Shown here piece by piece: positions 31,296 to 40,707 of a stretch of 64,000 bases of DNA (its first letter is position 1; every line of letters starts with the position of its first letter). The notes under the pieces are model-generated. The model worked only from the letters and a program-made list of their open reading frames with translations, did no database searches and was not told the origin of the DNA. The position numbers were made by a program, and so were the translations under genes. The stretch spans positions 20,689 through 84,688 of IMG/VR virus record IMGVR_UViG_3300020578_000037; one strand, 5' to 3'. This stretch comes from a virus.

Positions 31296-32213
31296 ATGAA
31301 CGGCACAAGAACACTAGTAGAAATGGGTAATTTCTATGAAAAGCGTGTAATTGAAGAAAAGAAGTCGGTTTTCCCTCCTAAGGATACTTTTAAATTAGCA
31401 GATTCTAAAAAACCTGAAGAGGCACAAGCAGATAAAAAAGCTTTTGTAAAAAATACGGGTCCAGAAAATGCTCAAGGTGTTAATAAAGACATAATAGACA
31501 CCAAAGATAAAAAAATTGCTAAAAAAGAAAACTTTTTTGAACCTGAAAAATTCTCTCAAAATCTTGAAAAAACTGAAACACAAACAATAAATACTTTTAT
31601 GAGTAAATCTATTTTTGACAAGTTGTATGAGGACGTAATGTCCGGTGCACCTGAGGATCTTGAAGCACACGACGCCGAAGCTCTCGGTTTGCCTGGTGAT
31701 AAAGAAGAAGGTGCTGGTGAAGAAGTAACATTCACTCTACCTCGTGATGTTGCACAGAAGCTTTGCGACGTTCTTCAGGCTGCTATAGGTGAAGAAGAAG
31801 CAGGTGATGAAGATAGCGGTGAAGAATCTTCAGCTGGTTCAGAAGAAGCTTCCTCTGATGAAGCTAACGAAGAGAACGCTGAAGAAAAGAAAGACGAAAA
31901 GAAAGACGAGAAAAAAGACGAAGACAATCAAGAAGTTGCCAAAGAAGGCACAGAATTGAAAGAACTTCCCTCGTCAGCTGGCCAGAGTCTACAAAAGAAA
32001 GATAATAAGGTCGGCGATGTAACGAAAAGTTTAACTTCCAGTGGTTCTGGTGATGGTAAAGTCACAGATAAAGTTGGAAATGATGGTGAGAAGGGTCATG
32101 CCCTAGTAGGTGCTGGTGTAAAAGGTGGTGCACCAACATCTCCTAAAGGCAAGGCTAATGTAGTTAACAGCAAGACATCAAAAGTAGGTGCTTATCTTGC
32201 TGGTCTAAAATAA
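31296..32213 (+). CDS. Acidic, low-complexity late protein (possible internal head or scaffold protein)
   Basis: Late box AATAAATA 6 nt upstream; E/D-rich; followed by a terminator. Confidence 0.6.
   Translation: MNGTRTLVEMGNFYEKRVIEEKKSVFPPKDTFKLADSKKPEEAQADKKAFVKNTGPENAQGVNKDIIDTKDKKIAKKENFFEPEKFSQNLEKTETQTINTFMSKSIFDKLYEDVMSGAPEDLEAHDAEALGLPGDKEEGAGEEVTFTLPRDVAQKLCDVLQAAIGEEEAGDEDSGEESSAGSEEASSDEANEENAEEKKDEKKDEKKDEDNQEVAKEGTELKELPSSAGQSLQKKDNKVGDVTKSLTSSGSGDGKVTDKVGNDGEKGHALVGAGVKGGAPTSPKGKANVVNSKTSKVGAYLAGLK
31884..31919 (+). repeat. 3 x 12 bp tandem repeat (EKKD)
   Basis: gaaaagaaagac gaaaagaaagac gagaaaaaagac. Confidence 0.85.
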
Positions 32214-32241
32214 CATACAATAGTCAAAAATAGTAAAAATT

Positions 32242-32273
32242 GGGCCTTAATTTAAATTAAGGCCCTTTTTTTT
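32242..32273 (+). terminator. Rho-independent terminator (perfect 24-bp palindrome plus T8)
   Basis: GGGCCTTAATTTAAATTAAGGCCC followed by TTTTTTTT. Confidence 0.85.
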
Positions 32274-32287
32274 GCTTAAATATCTAT

Positions 32288-32629
32288 ATGACGTTTAGAG
32301 ATTTTTTTGGAAAGCAGTCCGTTAAAGGAAAAAATATAGGTACTAAGAAGCGTCATATGCATCCTGTATTAAGAGATGTATCTTCACACTCAAAGCATCC
32401 CGGGCGTGTTGTACCACATATGCATAGAGCTAAGATGAATAATAGCAAAGTAGAGAGGCTTAAAAGAGTCAATACTGGAAGATATACAATTAATAAAAAC
32501 GAATTAGTACAAATAGAAAAAGAATACAATTTAAAATATGATTTTAAAACGCCTAAAGCTTTAGGTAATACGGGCATTATCTTAAAGCACGACCCGGTAT
32601 TAGGAGTACCTGTAATAGAGAAAAAATGA
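32288..32629 (+). CDS. Basic hypothetical late protein
   Basis: TTAAATA 5 nt before ATG; MTFRDFF N-terminus. Confidence 0.7.
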   Translation: MTFRDFFGKQSVKGKNIGTKKRHMHPVLRDVSSHSKHPGRVVPHMHRAKMNNSKVERLKRVNTGRYTINKNELVQIEKEYNLKYDFKTPKALGNTGIILKHDPVLGVPVIEKK

Positions 32630-33351
32630 GTGTACAATATTATACAGGTAATAAAGACCCTAAAGTTTATCCTTTCTTTTTTGAAGATAATCCCTGCTTT
32701 AGATATACAGATAAAGCAAAAAATAACTGTGAAAGAGAAACGATTTCAAACTACTGGAGAGAGCAAATTAACCTTTATGGGCAAAATGTAGGTTATATTG
32801 TTAATAATACAACAACACTTAGTGCAGATATGCTTTATGGTGAGCAGCCTACACAGAGGTATTCACCACCTCAAAACCTTGTTATAGCAATTAATTTACA
32901 GGAAAATGCATTAATGTTAAGTAAGTTCGGTCTAGTTTCGGATGATGAGGTTACAGCCTTTGTACATATTAGTACATTTTATGCGGTATTTGGATCAGGC
33001 GCAGAGCCTAAATCTGGCGACTTGTTTCAATTAGTAGAATACGGAAGTGATAGGCCTGGAGGTAGAAATGGTAATATATATGAAATAACTCAAAGACTTG
33101 ATCAAGATATAGCGCAAATAAATCCTTTAGCAGGTCATTATGTTTGGTTAATTAAAGCTAAGCGTTTTGAATATTCTTTTGAGCCAGGAGTCGAGCAAGA
33201 AGCGCAAAACCAACAAGTTTTTGATGATACAAAAAATACAACAGTATCAGGTGCAGATAAGCCTTATGCATTTACTGTTGATGATGCTTCGAAAGAAATA
33301 TTTGATTACTCTAAAACAGATTATTCAAATATTTACGGCGGATATTACTAA
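32626..33351 (+). CDS. gp14: Neck/head-closure protein gp14
   Basis: EQINLYGQNVGYI, LYGE, LSKFGL, PKSGDL. Confidence 0.8.
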   Translation: MSVQYYTGNKDPKVYPFFFEDNPCFRYTDKAKNNCERETISNYWREQINLYGQNVGYIVNNTTTLSADMLYGEQPTQRYSPPQNLVIAINLQENALMLSKFGLVSDDEVTAFVHISTFYAVFGSGAEPKSGDLFQLVEYGSDRPGGRNGNIYEITQRLDQDIAQINPLAGHYVWLIKAKRFEYSFEPGVEQEAQNQQVFDDTKNTTVSGADKPYAFTVDDASKEIFDYSKTDYSNIYGGYY

Positions 33352-33632
33352 TTCTCTAAAGGGAAAGAAGCTTCTAAATTATCTGAGTAATAATTAGGTA
33401 AAATTTCTTTTCTTAAAATTGAAATAAATTTATCTCCTTCACTACAAGAATTAAAATTCATTTCTATTTTAGATTTATCACTGCCGTAAAACGTATAAAC
33501 TACTTTATCGTCTTTCTTAGAGATGTTTATTAATGAATATAATATTCCTTGGTTAAAGCCTCTAGTATTTACTAAAGCTCCATAGCGCGCGCCAGGTATT
33601 ATTGAAAAACAGGTTCCGATAATGTAGTGCAT
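33348..33632 (-). CDS. Hypothetical protein
   Basis: 94 aa ORF within a tiled operon. Confidence 0.6.
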   Translation of the reverse strand: MHYIIGTCFSIIPGARYGALVNTRGFNQGILYSLINISKKDDKVVYTFYGSDKSKIEMNFNSCSEGDKFISILRKEILPNYYSDNLEASFPLEN

Positions 33633-33913
33633 TTATTACTTTTATTTAAGCTTATAGTAACATTATGCTCGTTTTGCATTACTTCATCTATCATAGATTC
33701 GAATCTTTCAACAATATACTTTTGAAAGGCTAATGGCTTGACCCAATCTACTTCTTTACCGTTAAGATCCATTTTGAATTGATATGCTTTTCTGCTTATA
33801 ATATCTAGCGCTTCAAGTAAGCAAAGCCATCTTGCATATTCTTCATTCTTAAGCTTATGGCTTTTACTCTTAGCTTCTACCGTTACATATTTTTTTAAAG
33901 GTTCCGATTGCAT
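33599..33913 (-). CDS. Hypothetical protein
   Basis: Likely start MQSEPLKK at 33913 (the track start at 34021 overlaps the upstream gene heavily); RWLCLLEA...KPLAFQKY. Confidence 0.6.
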   Translation of the reverse strand: MQSEPLKKYVTVEAKSKSHKLKNEEYARWLCLLEALDIISRKAYQFKMDLNGKEVDWVKPLAFQKYIVERFESMIDEVMQNEHNVTISLNKSNKCTTLSEPVFQ

Positions 33914-34328
33914 ATCCAAGAATAATAAGGGTAATATCTTTGACATCAAGCAAATTCTTATCTTTATTAAGTGTAGAAAGAATATTATATAAATATTCAA
34001 CAACTGTAGATATACCGACAACTAGTTGTTTGGTGTTGACTTTTATTTGAGATTTATATTCTTCATTAACATCGCTAGTAGTAAGAGTTTGATTCAAAAT
34101 TTCGTTTAACAGATTAATAAAATTTTTAATAATTTGTTTATCACTACTAACATTTGGTTGTAAGAAGGCTAAGCCTTTTTCAAAACTTGCTAATTGCTGT
34201 GTACTTAGTGATTTTTTTATTAGAAGAACTATTTCATCTAATGGCATGGGGGGTATCTCATTCTTTATACTTAAAGAAGTAGACGGTACATCTGCAGTTA
34301 ACTTAGCTATACTTTCAGGTATTTCCAT
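33870..34328 (-). CDS. Hypothetical helical protein
   Basis: 152 aa ORF within a tiled operon. Confidence 0.65.
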   Translation of the reverse strand: MEIPESIAKLTADVPSTSLSIKNEIPPMPLDEIVLLIKKSLSTQQLASFEKGLAFLQPNVSSDKQIIKNFINLLNEILNQTLTTSDVNEEYKSQIKVNTKQLVVGISTVVEYLYNILSTLNKDKNLLDVKDITLIILGYAIGTFKKICNGRS

Positions 34329-34731
34329 TTGGGTTGGCTAATGTAGGTAAATCTGTAGTTACGGGCTCGGTTACTACAGCAGTCTCTGAATTTATTAATA
34401 CACTAATAGTTTTCTTACAATCGCTGCATTTATAATAGTTAGGGGTATTTAAACGCACGGGAATAAAATCTTTAATTTTTTTAAAGCATGGGCATTCAAC
34501 TTCTAGTCCTTGAAAAGATAATTCTTGTAGTCTTTCATTTTCTAGTTTTTTATTTTTTAAAGCGACAACGGCGTTGAGAATAGTACTAAAAGCAAAAAAC
34601 CCTACATACTGAAAAGCGATACCAAATAAAACACCAATAAAAAAACTAAAGTTAAATGCATAGAATGCTGCCCCAAATAATATTGAAATGGCAATAAAAG
34701 GAATTAATTGACTTATAAGTTTTTTAACCAC
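34315..34731 (-). CDS. Membrane protein (two TM helices) with zinc ribbon
   Basis: Hydrophobic N-terminus; CPC...CSDC; promoter TTGCAA-N16-TATAAT-N5-GTG. Confidence 0.7.
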   Translation of the reverse strand: MVKKLISQLIPFIAISILFGAAFYAFNFSFFIGVLFGIAFQYVGFFAFSTILNAVVALKNKKLENERLQELSFQGLEVECPCFKKIKDFIPVRLNTPNYYKCSDCKKTISVLINSETAVVTEPVTTDLPTLANPNGNT

Positions 34732-34744
34732 AACTTATTATATA

Positions 34745-35128
34745 CTATTCTTGCTTTTTTGCAACCGGCGTTTCAACGTTTTTAGCAATACTGTCTATGA
34801 TTTGAACTATATGTTCAAGCTTTTTGTAGATATCGATTACTTTTTCTTTTGCAAGTTCATTTTTCTTTATAACAGGGTTAGATAGTGCCATTTTAAAAAG
34901 TCTTTTAGAGTTTGTAGCATACAAGTATAATTGACCTATTTGTTCTATTACGTTGGGTAAAGGATATGGAAGTATTTTATCGGCCTTAGCAAAGTTAGGA
35001 TTTTGATCTGTAGTTTTATTAAAAAGATCTCTTAATGTAACTTTTTGAGATGCAAGGTCTCTTGAAGCTATACCTGATACCCACTTATTAAATTGCATTA
35101 CTTCTTCAAATAAAAGCTTTCGTTTCAC
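34745..35128 (-). CDS. Hypothetical late protein
   Basis: AATAAATA 5 nt before GTG; MKRKLLFEE. Confidence 0.7.
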   Translation of the reverse strand: MKRKLLFEEVMQFNKWVSGIASRDLASQKVTLRDLFNKTTDQNPNFAKADKILPYPLPNVIEQIGQLYLYATNSKRLFKMALSNPVIKKNELAKEKVIDIYKKLEHIVQIIDSIAKNVETPVAKKQE

Positions 35129-35164
35129 TAAATTATTTATTCATTTATTAATAAATAATAATAT

Positions 35165-35572
35165 ATGAATTTATTCGAACGTAAATTTAGTGTAGTTTTA
35201 GAAGCAGACGCAGCGCCAGCAGCACAAGAACCAACACCCCCTCAAGACGATAAAGAAGCTATGGCTCAAACATTAAATACAGCTACCCCAGAAGATTTTG
35301 ACATTAAGGGCAGAGAGCAAGTAGTTGATCAAAGAAAAGGTGAGCAAATTCAAGCACTTAAGGGATGGATTGAGCAGATTGATTCATTTATTACTTTTTT
35401 AAACGGTACAGATCAAGGGTCAATACAGATGCAATTACACGCTGCTCCGTGTGATTCTATTTTTGAAGATATGGCAAGAAGTGAGAAAAAGAAAATAGCT
35501 AGACTTGCTGCAGAGCTAAGCTCACTAAGCGAAGCTATGAAGGGTTATCTAATTTCGGCTAACGACAGATAG
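35165..35572 (+). CDS. Hypothetical late protein with CTS-like N-terminus
   Basis: AATAAATA 7 nt before ATG; MNLFERKFSVVLE. Confidence 0.7.
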   Translation: MNLFERKFSVVLEADAAPAAQEPTPPQDDKEAMAQTLNTATPEDFDIKGREQVVDQRKGEQIQALKGWIEQIDSFITFLNGTDQGSIQMQLHAAPCDSIFEDMARSEKKKIARLAAELSSLSEAMKGYLISANDR

Positions 35573-36593
35573 AAGTTAATAAAAGCTTTGCTTTAATACC
35601 ATCAAAAGAGTTTTTAATAAAGAAATCTGGTTCTACATAATTTAACTTTTTATCAATTACCATTTCGTTAATATCTTTATATTGTTTCCCTATATCTTCA
35701 GGCCATATAAAAACGGTTTGATTGCTATCAATTAATTTTTGCGTCTTTTTTAAGCTTGCACTATCCTTCCACTGACTATCAAGAACCCATATTTTCTTAT
35801 GAAGCTTAAAAGCAGATATTTGTTCTTCTTGTAATGGAGAGAACATTGTATGGCTATTTTCCTGAATACCGGCAACTGCAGTTCCGTTCTGAACAAAAAA
35901 CGAATCAATTGGACCTTCAAAAATGAAGATATAGTCTAAATTAGAGGAGATTTTATTTATATTATAAAGTGACTTTTCACCATTTATCTTACTTAGATAC
36001 TTTGGATAAAACTTTAAATCTTCATTATATATAGCTCGTGACTGATAAAATATAATTTCATTTTTTAAGTCATAAAACGGTATAACAAGCCGTCTCTTAT
36101 GTGTTTTGTCCTTAAGAGATACCCACAAAGTATCGGGCTTATTAATCGCTGTGGTTAGTCTTCTTTTTTCTGCTAATCCTAGCGCTTCTTGTACGTCTTT
36201 TTGGTCATAATAATATACAATTTGATTTTTATCTAAAATATTAATTGAATCTTTAGGAAGTTTTTCCGGAATTGGTTTAGTTGTTGTATTGACTTTTTTC
36301 TCTAATGCTTCTAATGGAAGGATGTCAAACGATTTAGATTCATCTACAATTTCATTAAAATTGAGATTAGATACTTCTTGAATCCATTTAATAGGGTCGC
36401 TATACCAACCGCAATTATGACAGCAAATCTTATTTTCATCAACTAAATATACACATCGTCTTTTTTTACCCCATGACTTACCTTCACGGCAAATAGGACA
36501 CCCTGCTATAAATGTATTGCTTATTTTCTTAAATTTTGGATAGCCAGCGTACTGATAAAATTTCTGCAGAATATATTCGTGAGGTATAAGCAC
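35559..36593 (-). CDS. gp61: DNA primase gp61
   Basis: Zn finger CPIC...CHNC, RLVIPF, FEGPIDS (TOPRIM), KDINEM. Confidence 0.93.
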   Translation of the reverse strand: MLIPHEYILQKFYQYAGYPKFKKISNTFIAGCPICREGKSWGKKRRCVYLVDENKICCHNCGWYSDPIKWIQEVSNLNFNEIVDESKSFDILPLEALEKKVNTTTKPIPEKLPKDSINILDKNQIVYYYDQKDVQEALGLAEKRRLTTAINKPDTLWVSLKDKTHKRRLVIPFYDLKNEIIFYQSRAIYNEDLKFYPKYLSKINGEKSLYNINKISSNLDYIFIFEGPIDSFFVQNGTAVAGIQENSHTMFSPLQEEQISAFKLHKKIWVLDSQWKDSASLKKTQKLIDSNQTVFIWPEDIGKQYKDINEMVIDKKLNYVEPDFFIKNSFDGIKAKLLLTSICR

Positions 36594-36630
36594 ACTTATA
36601 GTATAAAAGTTATATTAATAAAAACAAGCT

Positions 36631-36834
36631 TTACTTTTCTTCGGGAGTTACAGGCGAGGCTTTATTAAGTTCTTTAATAGAAACTACGCCTTTTTGCAAA
36701 AAGGTGCCTGAAGCAGGGTCTATATAATGTGCTTCAGTAATTTCCTGATTGCCGCGAATGTAAGTCTTGAACGTAGGGCGTACTGGCTGACCACTTATAG
36801 GCGAGACTATTATTTTTGGTGATATCATGTCCAT
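36631..36834 (-). CDS. Small hypothetical late protein
   Basis: Exact TATAAATA (36840-36847) 5 nt before ATG. Confidence 0.7.
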   Translation of the reverse strand: MDMISPKIIVSPISGQPVRPTFKTYIRGNQEITEAHYIDPASGTFLQKGVVSIKELNKASPVTPEEK

Positions 36835-36842
36835 ATTTTTAT

Positions 36843-37139
36843 TTATACTGTCGTACTAGAAAAAACAGTCTTGTTTTTATAATATTGTTTTTTGCAGACT
36901 TCAAATACTTCTTTTGGCAGCTTTTCTACTACATCTATAATTTTATTTTCTATACCAAAATCAAATTTTTCAGACGGTATATCTCTTATTTTCATGTCAG
37001 GTAAAGATAGGAAACTAAACGTATCGTTTTTATCTTCAATAAAAACAAATAATTCACCGAGATACTTACCACCTGTAATAGCGTAAAGATATCTTTTTAC
37101 AGGATGCTTTTTTTTAAAGATCATAAAGCTTTTATACAT
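36843..37139 (-). CDS. Hypothetical protein
   Basis: 98 aa ORF overlapping the stop of the upstream gene. Confidence 0.6.
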   Translation of the reverse strand: MYKSFMIFKKKHPVKRYLYAITGGKYLGELFVFIEDKNDTFSFLSLPDMKIRDIPSEKFDFGIENKIIDVVEKLPKEVFEVCKKQYYKNKTVFSSTTV

Positions 37140-37957
37140 TTTAGTAATGATAGCTCCGTATCTGGTAGCTGAAAATTCAATTTATTAATTTTTTCAGTTG
37201 AAAGACAAGTATTAGATCTTTGAGCTACAATATTTAAATCCGAAGGAGTAACAAAAGACCAATTAGCATTTACCTTGCCATTTTTTTTAAGTAAGTTTGT
37301 TATTTCCAAGGCATTCATAGGCTGTGGATTGACGACATTAAAAATACCAGGAACGAAGTTTTGAATTAATTTATCTACAAATTCACAAAAATCTTCAACA
37401 CAAGTTAAACTATTATTATAGCTAATCAATTTATCGTATTTTAATATCTTTAATAAATAATTTCTTTCTAAATTTAACTTACAAAAAGGCATTCTAATTC
37501 TTAATATCGCGTTGTTTTTTGTATTAGCGACGGTTTCAAATGCATGTTTACTTTTAGAATAAAAGCTTGAGTTAGGATTAAAAACTCCAAAATTAGGTAT
37601 ATCTTCTTCCGTAAAAGCCTTCTCGTAGCCAGTGTATATACAGCCGCTAGATACGTGAATACACTTTCTATCGAAGACCGTACAAAGCTTATCAATTAAA
37701 TTACCTACTGTTACATTATAAAACCAACATTCATTTTTATTGTGCTCGCATCCATCTACGTTAGGTCGACCTGTATATCCGCAGCAATTAATAACATATT
37801 CGAATTTATATGTTTTAAGAATATGTGTTAGTATTTTTTCGTCTGTATAATTTGCTGTGCTTTGCTGAATAGCAATTACATTATAATTTTTAGTTTTTAA
37901 AAATTCTTTTAAAAAAGTACCGATAAAGCCGGTGCCTAATATTAATACATTGGTCAC
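37121..37957 (-). CDS. NDP-4-keto-6-deoxyglucose 3,5-epimerase/4-reductase (RmlD/NRS-ER-like SDR)
   Basis: GTGFIG, GYTGRPNVDGCE, SSGCIY, FYSKSK (YxxxK), LRIRMP. Confidence 0.85.
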   Translation of the reverse strand: MTNVLILGTGFIGTFLKEFLKTKNYNVIAIQQSTANYTDEKILTHILKTYKFEYVINCCGYTGRPNVDGCEHNKNECWFYNVTVGNLIDKLCTVFDRKCIHVSSGCIYTGYEKAFTEEDIPNFGVFNPNSSFYSKSKHAFETVANTKNNAILRIRMPFCKLNLERNYLLKILKYDKLISYNNSLTCVEDFCEFVDKLIQNFVPGIFNVVNPQPMNALEITNLLKKNGKVNANWSFVTPSDLNIVAQRSNTCLSTEKINKLNFQLPDTELSLLKCIKAL

Positions 37958-37981
37958 TATATAATTTTATACTACAGATAA

Positions 37982-38311
37982 TTAATCTCCATAGTTATCT
38001 TTTTGAGAATTAAAGATAAATTTATTCATTAGTGTGCCAAGAGAATCGGCTTCCTGTTGATTGTGAGCTGATATCATGCTGACCGGTTCGCCATTAAAAT
38101 TATAACCTATAAGAATAAAACAATTTAAAAACTCTAAAATTTGACTAGTAAGGACATCGAGATCGGCTTTATTTGAAGCTCTTTCTTTTAACTGATCTCT
38201 TAAATAGGAAACCAATGCTTTGTGAGTGAGGTCTTTTACATCCTTATTTTGATTAGGATCAAAGCCTTTACTAGCACTTTCATCCTTGGATGGCTTTTTG
38301 TCTTTCATCAT
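37982..38311 (-). CDS. Hypothetical protein
   Basis: 109 aa ORF within a tiled operon. Confidence 0.65.
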   Translation of the reverse strand: MMKDKKPSKDESASKGFDPNQNKDVKDLTHKALVSYLRDQLKERASNKADLDVLTSQILEFLNCFILIGYNFNGEPVSMISAHNQQEADSLGTLMNKFIFNSQKDNYGD

Positions 38312-38660
38312 TATTATTTAATCTCCTCGACAAATATCTGCTCTTACCTTGATACTCAACATTATTAGTAATACCGTGTCTTATTAGATAATCAACAATA
38401 ACTTCTATACTATCTGTTTTTATAAAGAAATTTTTAGGTATTCTTCTTCCACCATCATCTATTTCAAATAAAATTTCATTTATATTATTTTTATTTGCAT
38501 AGCATGTTATTAATACAGATGTTTCGCTAGGATTAACCATTATTGTCCACTGACGTGGATCAGACTTACTGTAAACAGCAAATAGCTTTATAACTATAAA
38601 GCCGTTGTCTCTAAGTCTTTTAATAAAATAACTGGGTGTTCTAAGTTTATTCTTACTCAT
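38280..38660 (-). CDS. Hypothetical protein
   Basis: YFIKRLRDNGF...DPRQWT; directly after the clamp gene. Confidence 0.7.
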   Translation of the reverse strand: MSKNKLRTPSYFIKRLRDNGFIVIKLFAVYSKSDPRQWTIMVNPSETSVLITCYANKNNINEILFEIDDGGRRIPKNFFIKTDSIEVIVDYLIRHGITNNVEYQGKSRYLSRRLNNNDERQKAIQG

Positions 38661-39392
38661 TTAATTTGATAGTGCAGAAATAACAAATTTAAATTGTGTT
38701 TTTTCAAAACTTAAATCCATTACAACTACACCCATTTTAGTAACTAAATTAACATTTAGTTCTTTACATCTCATAGAAGAAATTATTCTAAATATTTCAA
38801 AATTCAAGGGTAAGGGTATAGCGAACTGTGTGCCTGAATAATTATCAGAAATTTGAATTCCGTAAGAGTCAATGTTAGGTCTAGTTTTATCAGTTAACTC
38901 GCCAAAAACAATATTATTTTTAACGCTCAAATAAATCTTATTAGATTCAGTTGTAATAGAGCTGCCTTTAATCAAATTAATAATAGAACTGTATGGTAAT
39001 GTAAACTTACCATCAAATTCTAATGAATCGAGCTTGCTAATATTAAGTTTTGGTGTTGAAATAATATTATCATCATAAAGATGGTATTTGAATCTAATAT
39101 TACTATTCGAATAACCTATATGATTTAATGCTACGTCTAGGGTTAAATCTTCTGTTTCTATACAACTAAGGACTCTATACAGTTTCTTTAGATCAGGTAT
39201 ATTAAGAACCTTTTCAAGGTCAATTAAGTTATCATTATAATCACCGCTAACAACTATAGTATTATCGCTTGTAGCAATTAAGCAGTGTAACTTACCTTTA
39301 GAAACGTTAATAACAGCTGAATCGGCAACCCTGCTTAATAAAGAAATATAGGTATTTAAAAAAGCGTCCTTTGAGGATAATTTAAGCTGCAT
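38661..39392 (-). CDS. gp45: Sliding clamp (gp45-like)
   Basis: 243 aa alpha/beta protein, NIPDLKKL, FKYHLYDDNII; context beside gp32. Confidence 0.7.
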   Translation of the reverse strand: MQLKLSSKDAFLNTYISLLSRVADSAVINVSKGKLHCLIATSDNTIVVSGDYNDNLIDLEKVLNIPDLKKLYRVLSCIETEDLTLDVALNHIGYSNSNIRFKYHLYDDNIISTPKLNISKLDSLEFDGKFTLPYSSIINLIKGSSITTESNKIYLSVKNNIVFGELTDKTRPNIDSYGIQISDNYSGTQFAIPLPLNFEIFRIISSMRCKELNVNLVTKMGVVVMDLSFEKTQFKFVISALSN

Positions 39393-39422
39393 TAAAATAT
39401 AATATTAGATAAAAATTAAAAA

Positions 39423-39824
39423 TCAATTATTATCTATTAATTTCGAAAGCTTTCTATCAATAGAATCTAGTCTATCAAATATTAGCTTTGCGTAATTACT
39501 GCTATTAAAATCAAACTCTAATTGATTAGGATCGTTGACTATAGGTGATTGTACAACAACTGCTGCTGCGGGAGCCAAATTTACAGGTACTTGTGGTTGA
39601 GTTACATTAATACCGGCATTAACTGTAGTAGAATAAGTGTTAGGCGCGCTTGAAGGTATGGTGTTTAATACCCTATTAGGGTCCATACTTAGATTGCTTA
39701 GTGTTGCACTCTTACTAACTAAGTTGTTGTTTAGTTCTTTAATTTCTGAAGATAAATGCTGGCCCATAAATTGTAATGTGACTAGCTTTATTTCTTCTGG
39801 AGATAAAGACCTAAAAGAATCCAT
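39423..39824 (-). CDS. Hypothetical protein with QLEFDF (clamp-binding-like) motif
   Basis: DPNQLEFDF followed by a C-terminal coiled coil. Confidence 0.6.
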   Translation of the reverse strand: MDSFRSLSPEEIKLVTLQFMGQHLSSEIKELNNNLVSKSATLSNLSMDPNRVLNTIPSSAPNTYSTTVNAGINVTQPQVPVNLAPAAAVVVQSPIVNDPNQLEFDFNSSNYAKLIFDRLDSIDRKLSKLIDNN

Positions 39825-39825
39825 A

Positions 39826-40677
39826 TTATAAGTCTTTTAACAGCTCATTAATAGATTCATCATCTTCCTTAGAAACAGGCTTAGCTAGTTTCTTAGCTAC
39901 TACGGGAACTGGAGCAGCTGTATTAACAGTTGCTTGTGTACTCTCAATAACATCGCTCTCTTCTTCCTTAGTACCGAAATAATGAACGTCAAGAATAGAC
40001 TTCAATTCATCATAACTCTTTACCGTGACATAGGATTCTAAATCAAACGCTGAATTATAAATTTGCTTATGCGAATCGTCGTCAAGACCTTCGATCTCTT
40101 TAGGAGTAGAAAACTTAGATGAGACGTATGTAGGGTATTCTCCCTGCTTTTCTACTTTAATCTTTAGATTACATCCCTTAGCGGATAAATCAAAAATGCG
40201 AGGACCGAGTTCAGAAGCTTCCTCACCTTCAATAGCATCCATAATAATCTTATGAAGCTGGCGACCAAACCTTAATACCTTTACTTTTCCGTTATTATCA
40301 GAATTAACAGGGTCATTAACTACATAAACATTTACTAACCAATTTTCGCGTCTGCGAATGGCTAATGCCTTTTCTTTTTCCTTTTCAGTACCATTTCTTA
40401 GGATTCTATATCTTTCTTCAGCAATAGGGTCGCGCTGATTCCAAGTAGTCGGGCTTACTGCAGTAACTAGCTGCCCAGTAGTAAAACTATTCCAGCCATA
40501 GGAATAATAATGAAAAAATGTCTTCGAAGGGTCTTTTACGTTAGGTAAAAGGCGTACTGTATAGGTGTTTCCAACATCACACTTTAAATAATCCTTAATT
40601 TTAGAATTTGTAGATTCATTGCTCTTAGTCAAAGCTCCTTTAATACTTTCAAACATCGACGTGGTAAATGTACTCAT
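39826..40677 (-). CDS. gp32: Single-stranded DNA-binding protein gp32
   Basis: VRLLP, NVYVVNDP...NNGKVK, IFDL...GCNLKIK, YVSSKF, acidic tail. Confidence 0.9.
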   Translation of the reverse strand: MSTFTTSMFESIKGALTKSNESTNSKIKDYLKCDVGNTYTVRLLPNVKDPSKTFFHYYSYGWNSFTTGQLVTAVSPTTWNQRDPIAEERYRILRNGTEKEKEKALAIRRRENWLVNVYVVNDPVNSDNNGKVKVLRFGRQLHKIIMDAIEGEEASELGPRIFDLSAKGCNLKIKVEKQGEYPTYVSSKFSTPKEIEGLDDDSHKQIYNSAFDLESYVTVKSYDELKSILDVHYFGTKEEESDVIESTQATVNTAAPVPVVAKKLAKPVSKEDDESINELLKDL

Positions 40678-40707
40678 AATTTAATAATAAATTATATTAT
40701 AAAAAAA

